Below are positions 11,693 to 24,326 of a stretch of DNA of 64,000 nt, in pieces (within the stretch, counting starts at the first letter, position 1; every line of letters begins with the position of its first letter). Where the stretch lies: NCBI RefSeq assembly GCF_036321535.1, contig NC_087437.1:13766001-13830000 (forward strand), read 5' to 3'. The notes under the pieces were generated by a model. The model was not told the DNA's origin. It was given only the letters and a program-made list of their open reading frames with translations, and ran no database searches. The translations under genes were made by a program, and so were the position numbers. Origin of the DNA: Camelus dromedarius. Its lineage: Eukaryota.

Positions 11693-14010
11693 GAATGAAA
11701 AGACATAGTTAAATGTGATGTAGAGATTTAAAAGATACCAAGAGGATATTATGAACAATTTTATGCTAATAAATTTGAAAATAGATGAAATGAATATACT
11801 CCTAGAAAAAAATATAATGCAATTCCAGTAAAAATCCCGGAAGACTTAGCCTTCAAATGAGTGCCCTGGAGCCATCTCACACTGAAATCCAGAAGCCAAT
11901 TATCAAGTATTAAAGAATTCTGTGTGGTGATTGTTAACTTTTTATAGCTTGATATCAGCCATACTTGGAGAATTTGTATTACTGAAATCGGTGAACACTA
12001 CAGCTTTTATAGAATTTAAGTCATCAGTTTAAAATCTACCAAAAACAAAAAAAAACAAAACAAAAACTCAGGCTCTAACAGTTTAACCATCAAGCTTATC
12101 AAACATCCAAGAAACAAATAATTCCCGTCTTATACAAACACTTTCAGGGAACAAATAAAGAGAATCATTTAATAAGTTTAGCAAAACTCCCAAACTGACA
12201 GAGTGCAAGTAAGAAAAATCACAGGACAATCTCACCCAATACTATATATAAATGCTACTTTTGCAAAAAATGGTAAACAAAATGCTAGTAAAGCAAATCC
12301 AGTCATGTGTGAAAAAGATAACAAAATGGATTCTTCCCAGGAGTGTAAGATGGTTTAACATTAGAAAATCCTTTAATGTAATTCTCCACCTTAATAAACT
12401 TAACCAGACAAGTATGTCACCATCTCATTGGATTAAAAAGAACCTTTAATGGACATCAATAATATTCAGAATTTTAAGAAAAGAAGAAAAACTCCTAACT
12501 CTATCAAGAATAGAAGGAAATTCCTTTAACCTAATAAAGAGTCGCCTCCTCCCCTCCAGAAATAAGAGCAAGTGTGTTAACACATTGAAATCATTTCTTA
12601 TAAAGGCAGGAAGAACTCAAGGGAGATCAATCATTTTCACCAGTTCTGGGCAACACTGTTCCGGGGGTTCTGAGCTGGCTAGCACTTTAAGGCACTGGAA
12701 AGAAATAGTACGTGTGAAATCACAAGGGTTGTTGCAAGACAGGGTGTGGGAGTAGGCAGCTGGTGCCCCTCCCAAGGAGGAAATTTAAAGTCAGTATCTA
12801 CCCCAACAAGCCATGAAGACAGGGAGAGAAGAGTTAAGGAGGAGACTCAAGAAGCTAGAAAAACAGTTCAAACCTCCTCCTTTGCGCTTATGTAATGATC
12901 GAGCTGACAGGTGAAACCACCACTACCAATTATTAGGGATGCCTTGGGATCTCCCCACCCTCCCCGGGACCGCAGTTTCAGGAAGTAGAGTGAACAGGGA
13001 AGTCTCGTTCCATTACAGCGCGCTCCAGCCTCCCAGAGCCAGCACAAGCCCAGGGGAAGCAATCACTCCTTCCCTCCCATGCCCCTGAATCCCTACTCAC
13101 TGCCCATCCTGCGTGGCTGGTGGTTCCGGGTTCCAGTGTCCTCTAGTAAAATTTTAAAAATTAAACAAATGAGCAAAAACCCCTGGTCTTTCCCCTGAGA
13201 CACTTTTTAAGTTCTCGCTGCCCAGGCCACACCCTACATCTGTGTAATCATTCTCATGGGTGGCACCAGACATCAGTGTTTGTTTTACTTTGTTTAACCG
13301 AGGCTATTCCAGTGTGCATGCAATTTGGAGCTTTTCTCTTCAAAGTTTGTCTATGGACTGGCAGCATGAGAATCACTGGGGAGCTCTTTAGAATGGCAGA
13401 AACTTGGACCCTGCTCAGAACCACCGAGTCAGAATTTGCATTTCAACGAGATTTGTATGCCCACTGAAGTCTGAAAAGGTTAAACTTAGAGAAACAGACC
13501 ACAGGTAGGAATCCCTGTGGAGTCCCCAGGACACAGAGATTTCTCTGGAGGGGCAGGGTGAGCGGAGTGTCCATCACCAGCACTAACAGCAGCACACAGC
13601 CCCCCTCTTCCCATCCACCTAACCCACTGCTGCCGGAATGATCTTTCCTGAAGCTCAGATCTTGCGCTGCTCTCCTATGGCCTACAGTGTATAGTCCAAA
13701 CCCCTGGTCACGGGGTCCATTTACTGCCCCCCAACCCCCAATGTTCTGTCCCCTCCTTATCTGCCAAAACCCATACACACCTCCCCCATCCACACACACA
13801 CACTCACGCCGCTGCTAATTTTGCTCTTCTGCATGGAGTTCTCCCCACATCCCAGACTCCCACTTAACCTCACCCTCTTGCCTACCTAAAGAACTCCTTT
13901 CGCTACATCAAAATCAGCTTAAATGTCTCCTTCTCAATGTTGCCTCGTGGGGGGAAAAAATCAGGCATTTCTTCTGTTTTCCCACAACTTCTCCCACAAC
14001 AAATCAAATG

Positions 14011-14923
14011 CAGTCATCCCTCAGCACCTGCAGGGGGTTAGTTCCAGTGTAACGCCAAAAGGTGAAGACCCCAGTTCTTGTCATATGCAAAAGATATGAC
14101 AGTTTATAGTCTGGGGGTGGTTTACAGTTGGGAGATGTTGCGTTGTGTAGTGGAAGATTTTAAAGATTTATTTAGAAAAGGAAAAGTACAGCTCCAAGAA
14201 CAGGAGGGGGGCTGAGCCAGGGGAGGAAAAGGGGAGGCTTTTGTCTCCTCTTTCTCTTTTACCCTCACTTAGAAGTGGTCTTTTAAATAATTGACAGCTC
14301 TTATCCCTGGAATGCTTAGTCATGTTTGGCCCCTTTTGTGCATGTCTTTACTTATGGTGCACACAGGAAAACCCATGGTGGGGGGGAGCCCTAAATAGTA
14401 ATGTTAATTATAATACAATGAATATTGGGTCGTGTCTGGTTAAGTCCTTTCTGCTTCCACACAGTCGTGGCTGGCAGGTTCTAACCAGTTTCTTGTTGGC
14501 ACTCATTTAGAAGAAGTAAAGTCCCTTTATGCTGGAGGCGGGTATAATGACATCTTTCAGACCATCCTCTCTCTCCTCCACCTATCTGCACGGTGCCCCC
14601 AGTTATCTGACTACCTAACACCAGGACCCCTCAACAGATACCAAAATCCCCTGGTGCTCAAGTCCGTTACATAAAATGGCATAGTGTTTGCGTATAAACT
14701 TACCCACATCTTCCCGTAATACTTTGTCATCTCTAGATGACTTGTAATACCTAATTCAGTGTAAATGTTATATAAATAATTGTAAATACAATGCAAATAC
14801 TATGTACATAGTTGCAAATTCAGGTTTTCTTTTTGAAACTTTCTGTTTTTTTCTGCATATTTTCAACTCATGATTGGTTGAATACAAGGATGCAGAACCC
14901 TCAGATACAGAGGGAGCTGACTG
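14011..14923 (+). mobile_element. MER2B-like Tigger MITE split by an LTR
   Basis: Termini cagtcatccctc... and ...gagggagctgactg(ta); the body is contiguous once 14048-14620 is removed. Confidence 0.82.
14048..14620 (-). mobile_element. ERV1-type solo LTR (family B)
   Basis: TG...CA ends with exact TSD CCAG; reverse-complement homologue of 15443-16224. Confidence 0.85.
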
Positions 14924-15442
14924 TATAGCCATGATTATGGAATGGGAATGGTTTGTGGGTCTGTATTGCTCATGATTTTGCCCTGCTAAGGGCATGGACC
15001 ACAGCCTGTCACGACTACTCTGTAGATAAAGGAATTAGGAATTTTGCAAGGACCTTAGGCCAGGGACCTAACTGGGTCTCTATCCCTCCTCACAGTTCCA
15101 TCACTGGCTCATGGGGTTGTCCCTTAAGACTCACAATCAGTTAACTATATGCAGGAAACATTTAGTACATGCTGCCGTGGGAATACAAAGATGAAAACAC
15201 ATACATTGCCTTTTCAGAGAATCTGCCTCTGCAACACGTGACTACTCCATCCTCCATTCCATCCAGCAAGTACTTTGAAGCTCACAATCCAGCAGGAAGG
15301 TAAAGTGATGGCACCTTTTACATGTTCAGCAAAGCTAGCAAGAGTAAAGAATTAAATTCAAACACTTGCAAGCCACACCCCTGGGGTGATATTCTAAACT
15401 CAGTTGATTCTCGTTGTTCACAGCAGTTATGTTGTATACATT

Positions 15443-16224
15443 TGTTAGGTAGGTGGAGAAGCGGGAGCACTGGGCAGATTGGTGGAGGAGAGGAAGGATG
15501 GTCTGGAAAATGGCCGTATGCCTGCCTTTAGCATAAAGTGGCTTTACTTCCTCTAAATGAGTGCCAGCAAGAAACTGGTTAGAACCCAACATCTGCAATT
15601 GTGCAGCAGCGACAAGACCTCACTGGACATGACACAATGCTCATTGTAATATAATTAACTTTGTGGTTTAGCCCCTCCCATGGGTTTTTCTGTGTGCATC
15701 ATGGGTAAGGACAGGTGCAAAAGGGGACAAGCATGACTCAGCACTCCAAGGGCAAGAGCTGTCAATCAATCAAGAGACCACCTCTAAGCAAGGGTATGAG
15801 AAAAGGGGCAAAGACCATTGCTATCCGCTCTTGGATCAGACCGCCTCCAGTTCTTGGAGGTATATAATCCCTTTGCTAATAAATCCTTTAAAATCTTTCA
15901 CTGCAAAACACTTCATCTCCCATTTGAATTCTTATCTTTCAGGTATGACAAGAACTGAGGTCTTGAGTTTGAGATTTATAAATGTTAGCCACTATATATA
16001 AAAATAGATTTTTAAAAAGTTTCTTCTGTATAGCACAGGGAACTATGTTCAATATCCTGGAGTAACTTTTAATGAAAAAAAATATGAAAAGGAATATATG
16101 TATGTATATGCATGACTGGGACATTGTGCTGTACACCAGAAATTGACACATTGTAACTGACTATATTTCAGTTAAAAAAAAAAAAAGGAACTGGGGTCTT
16201 TTCCCTTACCCATTTAGGATAACA
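15443..16224 (+). mobile_element. ERV1-type solo LTR (family B) containing an L1
   Basis: TG...CA ends with TSD CATT; AATAAA near 15878; homologous to 14048-14620. Confidence 0.82.
15965..16185 (+). mobile_element. L1 3'UTR fragment
   Basis: L1 terminus + poly-A; 13/15 TSD AAGAACTGAGGTCTT / AGGAACTGGGGTCTT. Confidence 0.88.
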
Positions 16225-16862
16225 CATTCACCACAAATAATGAATTAGTGAATCCGGAACCACCGCCTCTAGGAGAAAGGTAGGCTTAGGTTCCTGGGGC
16301 CGATGATCACATCTTTGTCACCTAATCAGTACAGAACCTTGTTTCATATGTGTTTCTGGTTAAAGACACTTTATTTAATATATATTATTGATTAACCTTG
16401 AATTTGTGGCCAACAGCACTGTAATTCATACCTGAAGGAAACTTACCTTACACAGCATTTTCTCTGTAAGGTACATCACAGCCTCTGTGCTTAAGCACCC
16501 CAGACATCACCTCAGCCATTCTAAATGGTGGAGCCATCAACAAAAAGCACAAAAATGCAAAAAAAAAACCCCAAAAAACAACAACAACAACAAAACAAAC
16601 ACGGCACTAAATAAACTGTGAAAAGGATAGTTTATAGCATGAGAGTTGAAACAAGAAGGCAGAGCACGGCTTTGTTCGACACCAGCGGGGAATGCGCGTG
16701 TCTGACAAGCCATGTTTTCCAGCACTCCTCACACGCCTACCAATGACTACAAAAGCGCCATGAGTATCGACATGAGGTTACAAATAACTATCAGCCTGGA
16801 AGCATATCCACAAATGTAGGATCGGCAGACAGTGAGGTCTGACTGTATCTAACAACTGGTAA

Positions 16863-17432
16863 GTTAGGAGCACCAACAAATTAGAAGAGATTCGAACCAT
16901 ATTATGTGGAGCCGGCTGGCGCTCTCTGGAGTCCTAAAACCCGCATCCCTGGGCTCTCGGTTCGCCTGGAGCCATTGATACCTTAACCCCCACTCCCCGC
17001 AGGGCCCTGCGCACATCTGCATTTCTACAAGATAAAGCATTCTCTCTTGCTGTGTGTTTACCCTAACAGTACTCATCACCCCAGGAGATAGCCTGTTTCA
17101 CAACGCCCTGGGCTGACAGGCCTCACCTCCTGCCCTTATCAAAGTCATAAATCCTATTATTCAGTTCCTGACAGATCTTACAACCAAGGTACTTGGTGCA
17201 GGAATTGATCATGGGCCCCTCCCCTCATTCCTCGTGTTCACAGCCCCTTTGCCCCCAATAAAGGACCCTGCACACTCTCCCCAGCTCTCACACAGGCACC
17301 TCTCATCTGTGTGGCCACTGTTGTCTGTAGCAGCCTATCTATTAAACCTCCCCTTTGTTCTTAAATCCTTGTGGTCTTTGGTTCTTGGTAAATTCTTTTA
17401 CCACCTGCAACCACCACATTGTGTCCACAACA
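16863..17432 (+). mobile_element. Probable ERVL LTR (MER74/MER77/MER54 group)
   Basis: LTR-like 3' end (attaaa signal; cttggtaaattcttttaccacctgc...aca). Family uncertain. Confidence 0.5.
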
Positions 17433-18733
17433 TATTATTTAAGACCCTGCGGGCTCCCAATGTGCCAGGAAAGAATGCTTGGGTTGTTGGGTTCTGGCTC
17501 ATGGGGTCTAGGAAGAGCCCAGAGGAAGAGCTGGGCAGCCATGTGTGGCATGGGGACCATGGCTACTTACCAACAATTACTGAAGAATTGCAGTATATTA
17601 TTAAGCACTTTGGCTGTATCGGCCTTTCCTAATGCCAAAGTGATACCAGGCTGAGAAATCCCAAATTTTCTCTGTTGCTCATGATTTTGTAAGTCTGTTT
17701 GACTCACTTACACTGGAAATTTTATTACCCTTGCTTCAGATAAAAACAAACTTAATTTTATCTGAGGGAGGGGGAAGTCTCCTACCAAAAAATTTTAATA
17801 GCAATCTGTTGGCTACTGGCAAACCGAGTTATGTTTCAAGTGGCACCACCCTCAGTCTTCCCTCTGTGTGGCACTACTATGAAGGGGCATTCTGCAGACT
17901 TGGATAGCACCAGGATTTCTTGCAGAGCAGGCTCAGCTCCTGGCCACAGGCATGCTTCAGTAATCTGATGATGGAGATGGAAGGAGTCATAGAGTGGCCC
18001 TGGCTGCTCAGGGCCCTCCAAGACACAATCTGTCTGGAGCAGTGCTTCACAAATGTGAAGTGCATGCAGATCACCCATAAATCTTGCTCAAGTGCAAATA
18101 CGAATAAAATAGATCTGGAGTGGAGTTTAACCCTCTTTAGTTCCAACAGGCTCCCAGGGGATGCTCATGCTGCTGGTCCATGAACTACACTGGGTACTGA
18201 GAGCCTATGCTGGAGCAGTGATTCTTAATGTGTCAGAATCACATAAAGAGTCTGTTAAACTGCCATGATTTAAAATAGATAATTGCCTCAATTTACCTCC
18301 ATCCCTAGGGAAGATCTTCTGTCTATCAAAAGGGAAGCCAGTGAAAAAAGAGAGATCCTCAAAGTGCCCATGACCTAAAGCACGAGGTTTAAAACCAGGG
18401 TCCCTTTCTTGGGTGGCTGGGCTGGAGACTTCTGCTGCTCTTACACAGTTTGGTGGCCATGGTAGTGAGAATATTCCTGAAGCTGGTTTCCAGGCCTTGC
18501 CTCTCTGTCTGTTGCTGTTTCCCTGACCTCCTTCCCCCTAGTCACCTCCCCTCAACACACAAACTGCCACAGATAAACTGGCTCAATCCTCTGCCCACAC
18601 TCTCCATGGTCATTTCCCACTCTAGCCCCAAACCCATGGGCAGCTCCCTGGAGACACGCCAAAAATCCGCAGGGCTGTGGCAGCAATCGGCGAAAGCTGC
18701 TTTTAGAATCACCTTCCTTCCCTGGCATCCTAC

Positions 18734-19365
18734 TGATGGAGGAAAAACGGATGTGGGGCATGAGGAGGGCCGTGTGCCAGGCTTCGGCTGAGCCCCTGGG
18801 ACGTGCCCTGCCAAGTGTGGGACCTTGGCTTCGCGCAGGAAAGAATTGAAGAGCGAGCCACAGTTGAGTGAAGGTAGATTTATTCAGAGAGATACATTGA
18901 AAGGCAAGAGAAAGGCCACGAGGTGTGGGGGTTGGGTGCTCAGATTAAAAGTAGTTACACACTCCATAGACCGAGTGCGGGCCTTCCCGAAAATGGAGGG
19001 AGAGAGGGCAGAGGCCTTGAGGCACAGTGTTGCCAGTTTTTATGGGCTCAGTGGCTTCATATGCTAATAAGTGGAAGGACGAGTCTAACTAGCCTGGGGA
19101 AGGGGCTCGGATTCCCAAGAAGTTGGCCATTTCCCACTCTTTGACCTTTTGTGGCTAGCTTGGGACTGCCCTGGTGCCTGTGGGCATGTTATTCACCTTG
19201 TTAATATATTACAGTGGGCGTGTAATGAAGCTTGAGTTCTGCTAGAAGTCGCATCTCCCACCATCTTGAGCCTCAGGGCCTCCTGGGGTTGAATCCTCCA
19301 CCATTTTGATGTTAATTGCTGTCTCATTCCTTGAAGGGCTGTGCCCTGCCCCCCTTCCTGTCTCA
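18734..19365 (-). mobile_element. ERV1-type solo LTR (family A)
   Basis: TG...CA ends with exact TSD CTAC; reverse-complement homologue of 4421-5047. Confidence 0.88.
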
Positions 19366-19684
19366 CTACTAACTCCAACTCACATATAACTATGTTCCAA
19401 CACTCATCCACTCTAGCTCGAATTCAGAAGGAGAATAATGACGATAACCTAGCTTGGTTCCTGGTCCTTCCATCTTGTCACGAGTGTAGATCAATTACAT
19501 GAATAAATAAAGCCAATCCCTCCCCCCAAAAATGGGCCTGTTAAAGCTCATACGGCTGCCCCACCCCAAGAGTTTCAGATTCCGTAGTCCTGGGTTAGGG
19601 CCTACAATTTTGCCTTTTTAACAAGTTCTTAAGTGACAACAATGCCGCTAATTTGGAGAGCACACTTTGAGAATTACTTACCTA

Positions 19685-19936
19685 ATAGAAAACAAACTTA
19701 CGCTCACCGGAGGTAAGGCAGGGCTGGAGGGATGAAGTGGGAGTTCGGGACTTGCAGGACTACTGTGCCTGAGCAACAGGATCCTACTGCAGAGCACGGG
19801 GAACTAGATTCAATACATCGTAATAGCCTATAATGAAAAAGAGTCTGAAAAGGAATATATCTGTGCATAACGGAATCACTGTGCTACACACCAGAAATCA
19901 ACACGTTGTTAACTGACTACCCTTCAGTTAAAAAAA
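19685..19936 (+). mobile_element. L1 3'UTR fragment, GC-shifted
   Basis: Colinear with other L1 3'UTRs in the window; A tail; 13/16 TSD GAGAATTACTTACCTA / GAGAATTGCTTGTCTA. Confidence 0.85.
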
Positions 19937-21887
19937 GAGAATTGCTTGTCTAGACTAAGCAAGTCAGACCGTTGAATCTCATTTCCTTCAGCTTTTTTAC
20001 AGACATAATATTACTAGCCTTTCGTCATTCTGGCAAAGAACTTAAAATTCCTATCAAAGGTATCACTCTAATGATAAAGCTCCCGAGGTCAGGGGCCATA
20101 GTTTATATTTATTTGACACAATGTGAATAGAGGAAGGACAAATTAATACAATCTGGATTTATGACCAATTAAATAATGAATTTGACTATTGGGTGGGATC
20201 TCTTACCCTTCTGAGTGCTTTCTGTTTCGACTGGCACAAAACTGATCACCAGTTGCCAGTTCTCCCCTTCCGTTCGTTTCTACGAACTCCAAATTACGGT
20301 TTTTGCAAATGTCTTCTGTCTTTCTCTCTTTTTGCAAATCAAAAGCCCTAGAAAGAAAGCCACTGGGGGTCGGGGGCAATGGCTCCTAAACTTTGTATCC
20401 CCTGTGCCTAAAACAGGACCTGTCAAAATTAAGTGCTCAATAAATATTTCAGGAAGAGGGAGGAAGGAAGGAAGGAGCAGGGGGAGGGAGAGGAGGGGAG
20501 AGGAGGAAACATGTACCCTTAGTTCACTGTGTGATCTGCTATTGGCAGGCCTTCAAAATGACTAACCTGAATACCTTTCTAAAGGCAAAATTTTGTGTTT
20601 ACTATTAGTTAAGCCTTTATTCCAGATGAAGCCCTCTGGCAATAAAAAGTCAAATGATTTCTAAGTAATAATAATGTTAATAAACTTTAAAAGCCAGCAT
20701 GTTACAATACCATTAGCTTATACAAAGCAGTTGGCAGGTAGGTCACTGGGAGGGACTGACTGTGGTCTATTCACCAGGTAGGAACATTATCTTTCTTCTA
20801 ACCCAGCAGATCGATCGGTAGATCACTCTGTTCTGTATAGAAGCAACCAACCAGAGACACACACAGTCTGTTTGCTCAGCTAAACAATTAAGGCCAAGCG
20901 TTGGTCCACAACTGTCCCTTCACTGAGACGTCCCAAGAACTGGGGAGGCCTGGCTGCCTCCCTGGTGACAAGACTGATATTGGTAAATATTCGCCAGGTG
21001 CTCACTATGCGGGGAGATTAATGGACAGTAGATGCAATCTATACTCAGTTTCCAGCTTATCTGGAAGGAAGAGAAGGCATACAAGCAGCTTTGTGTTATA
21101 ATGTAACAGAGGCGTGTGCAAGGGCCGTGAACAGAGGAAGTCGTCACATTGTAACTCCCTGGGGGAGTCGCGGAAAGGCTTTGAGAAAGAGTGACATTTA
21201 CGTGGCCCTTAAAGGAGGTGTAGAAGTGAACCCAGAGCTGAAGGCAGGACACCGCCTTCCAGGCAGAGAACAGGATGTGCACATGTCCATGAAGTGCGCC
21301 TTCAGAGAGAAAAATACGTTGCTAAACCAGTGAGGTTGTGGGGCGGCAGCTATCTGCTGCTCCAGCTTTGCGTCCCTGTTGCCTGGGTCCACCCAGGCCT
21401 GGGAGCTACATACAGCAATACCTGTAGACATTGTTTAATTCAGGGCCTGATGACAATAGCAAACAATTTGTTGAGAATGACTGAGCCAACTATGGAATGA
21501 GACGGACCACGGACGGTTTACTACACAGCCGGGCAGCACGAGCAACAGAGCCACTGAGAAAGGTCTGGTGTTAATTTCCAGTTTCTTATCACAGAGGAAA
21601 TGGGAAATGTCCTTAGCCACTGGGACTCTGTTACTCCAGATTTCTGTTCTTTCACTGTTCCAGATCCGCGGATCTGCTTTTCTGAGTCTCAAGCTGTTTT
21701 AGACCCAGTACAATTGGCACTGCTGACTTGGATCAGAATGTGAGCCTTCAGCGCCTACCTCAGCATATAATCAAGGTGTCTGCTCCTACCAGAGACGCTG
21801 GCAATAGTTTTGCCATGAATTATTTTCCCGTTTTCTATGTGAATAATTAGTCCATAAATGGCTTCTCTCTGGGTGACAGGACCCCAC

Positions 21888-21936
21888 AGCTCTTTCTCTC
21901 TCTCTCTTTTCCTCTGTCTCTCTCTCTCTCTCTTTC

Positions 21937-21970
<34 letters not shown>
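21888..21970. repeat. (CT)n imperfect microsatellite
   Basis: Directly visible CT dinucleotide tract. Confidence 0.9.
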
Positions 21971-21974
<4 letters not shown>

Positions 21975-22030
21975 GAACATCTTATTTCCAGAGCAGTTGC
22001 CTATGTGATCTTAGAGATCAACAATCTTCT

Positions 22031-22125
22031 TTCACGTATAATTGAAAAATTGTGCTCTACAATGGAATTTGACACAACATTGTAAAATGACTGTAACTCA
22101 ATTAAAAAAAACGTTAAAAAAAAAA
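22031..22125 (+). mobile_element. Very short L1 3' terminus (young subfamily)
   Basis: gaaaaattgtgctctacaatggaatttgacacaacattgtaaaatgac + poly-A; TSD AATCTTCT. Confidence 0.78.
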
Positions 22126-22697
22126 AATCTTCTGTGGTGACCCAAGAAGAGAGGTTTGGCATATCCTGTTTCTCTTCATGGCAAGCATAGCTTCCTGAAG
22201 GGATCTGAGCTAAAAAAGGGTTCCCTACGTTGCTGGAGTTTCCCACTGTGAAGACAGATTGACTTATTCAACCATATTTGGGGAGCATCAACTTTATGCT
22301 GGTGCTGGGAATATAGTGGTAAACAAAACAGACAAAAACCCTTCTCCATCTGTATTCCACCACGTAATTCTGCAAGAGTTTAAGCTCCCACCTTTAAATC
22401 ATTCCGTGTTGAACATCATGTAGGCTACACAAATTTGTGGAGAAATAATAAGACCGGAATATATTCAAGGAGCTGTGAAAAAAATCATGAGGGTCATTTC
22501 TGCCCTCTTCATACCTAACACACCTGCCTGGAACTTATTTATTATGCTATTCAATAGACATTTACTGAGCACCTAATATTTACCAAGGATTCTAGAACAC
22601 TTCTCTTCAAACTTTAACCTACGAATGAATCGCTTGGAGATCTTGCTAAAGTGCAGATTCTGATTCATGAGGTAAGAGGGTCTTGGATTTTACTTTT

Positions 22698-23164
22698 GTT
22701 TTTAAAATTTTTTTAATTTTTATTTTGTATTGAAGTATAGTTGATTTCCAATGTTGTGTTAGTTTCTGGTGCACAGCATAGTGATTTGGTTATACATACA
22801 TATATTCTTTTTCATTATAGATTGTTATAAGCTGTTGAATATAGTTCATTGTGCTATATAGTAGGACCTTGCTATTTATCCATTCTGTGTACAGTTGTTT
22901 GTATCTACTAATCCCAAACTCCTAATTTATCCCCCCTTTTCCCCATTGGTAAGAATAAGCTTGTTCTCTATGTCTGTGAGTCTGTTTCTGTTTCTGTAAA
23001 TAAGTTCATTGTGTCATTTTTTTAGATTCCATATAGAAGTGTTGTCATATTTGTCTTTGTCTGTCTGACTTACTTCACTTAATATGATAATCTCTAGGTC
23101 CATCCATTTTGCTGCAAATAGCAAATAGCATTATTTCATTTTTATGGCCAAGTAGTATTCCATT

Positions 23165-23198
<34 letters not shown>

Positions 23199-23453
23199 CA
23201 CAACTTTTTTATCCAATCATCTGTTGATGGACATTTGGACATTCAGGTTGCTTCCGTGTCTTGGCTATTGTATATAGTGCTGCCATGAATATTAAGGTAC
23301 ATATATCTTTTTGAGTTTTAGTTTTCTCCAGATATATGCCCAGGAATAGGACTGCTAGATCATATAGTAGTTCTATTTTTCGTTTTTAAAGAACTCTCCA
23401 TACTGTTTTCCATACTGGCCGCACCAAACTCCATTCCCACCAAGTGCAGGAGG
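22698..23453 (-). mobile_element. 5'-truncated L1 inserted in a MER5A
   Basis: Antisense L1 3' end; TSD GGA(T/C)TTTACTTTT at 22685-22697 and 23454-23466; internal (GT)n(GC)n tract at 23165-23197. Confidence 0.88.
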
Positions 23454-23845
23454 GGACTTTACTTTTCTAACAGGCTCCCATGTGGTAACAGTGTTGCTGG
23501 TCCATGGGCCACATTTGGACGCGACCATTTACATTCTGGTGGAAGACAGACAGATAAAGCAGTAATTAAGAGAATAGTGAGTTGATATATAGAAAACAAG
23601 GTGGCAAGACCCAAGGGAGCCCAGAGTAAGAACTGAAGATGGGGAGAGTTATGATGAAATTGGTCTTTTTAAAACCAATATAACTCTGAATGCAGCATGA
23701 AGGCTAGCCTGGGAGGTCCTGAGAGATAGACCAAGGACAAAAACTAATAATCACAACAATAAAGCTAACGTTTATTGAGCACTTTCATCATGCTAGGCTT
23801 TATAGACTTACTGAACCCTCTCCATAACCCTATGAGATCGGAACT

Positions 23846-24326
23846 TGTGGTGGACAGAAGGATGTCCCCCAAAGATGTCCATGCCCTGATCCCCAGAACC
23901 TGGTAAGGCAAAGGGGAATTAGGGTTGCTTATCATCTGACCTTAAGACAGAGACAGTAGCCTAGATGACTCAGGCGGGCCCAGTGTAATCACAAGGGTCC
24001 TTAAAGTGGAGGAGGGAAACAAAAGAAAAGTCACTGTCAGAGGGATGCCGTGCGAGAAAGAGTAAACTGGCCTTGGCTGGCTTTAGAGATGAAGTGGCTC
24101 ACAAATCAAGGAACACAGGGAGCCTCTAGGAATGGAGAAGCAAGAAAATTCAGTTTCCCTAGAGCCTCTGGAATGAACGGAGCCCCACCAACACCTTGAT
24201 TTCAGCCCAGTGAGACCTGTTCAGACTTCTGACCTCTAGAAGTGTAAGACAAAACATTTGTGTTGTTTTCAGTCACCACAACCAGAACTTCCGATTTGTT
24301 ACAGAAGCTATGGAGAAACTAACGTA
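23846..24326 (+). mobile_element. MaLR solo LTR (MLT1D-like) inside a MIR
   Basis: cccccaaagatgtccatgccctgatccccagaacctg; ttgatttcagcccagtgagacc; gacttctgacctctagaa. Confidence 0.82.

Larger units (their letters stand above)
8790..12680 (+). mobile_element. Ancient fragmented L1 ORF2 (L1M-type) hosting later insertions
   Basis: Decayed EN/RT-region text (tcagtaattgacagatcaagaagacaaaaatcagt; aagatggtttaacattagaaaatc), interrupted by MER2B, LTR33, a young L1 and a probable MER63 fragment. Confidence 0.6.
15401..16845 (-). mobile_element. MER82-like Tigger element split by an LTR
   Basis: Ends cagttgattctcgttgttc... and ...gaggtctgactg(ta); MER82-like body (acaaaaagcacaaaaatgc, gcactaaataaactgtgaaaagga). 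Confidence 0.8.

Noticed and set aside
14048..16224. Family B LTR pair as one provirus
   Set aside because: Inverted orientation, different TSDs, and no internal retroviral sequence.
4421..19365. Family A LTR pair as a provirus or inversion breakpoints
   Set aside because: Opposite orientation, each with its own TSD (TATC/TCTC; CTAC/CTAC), and no gag/pol/env between them.
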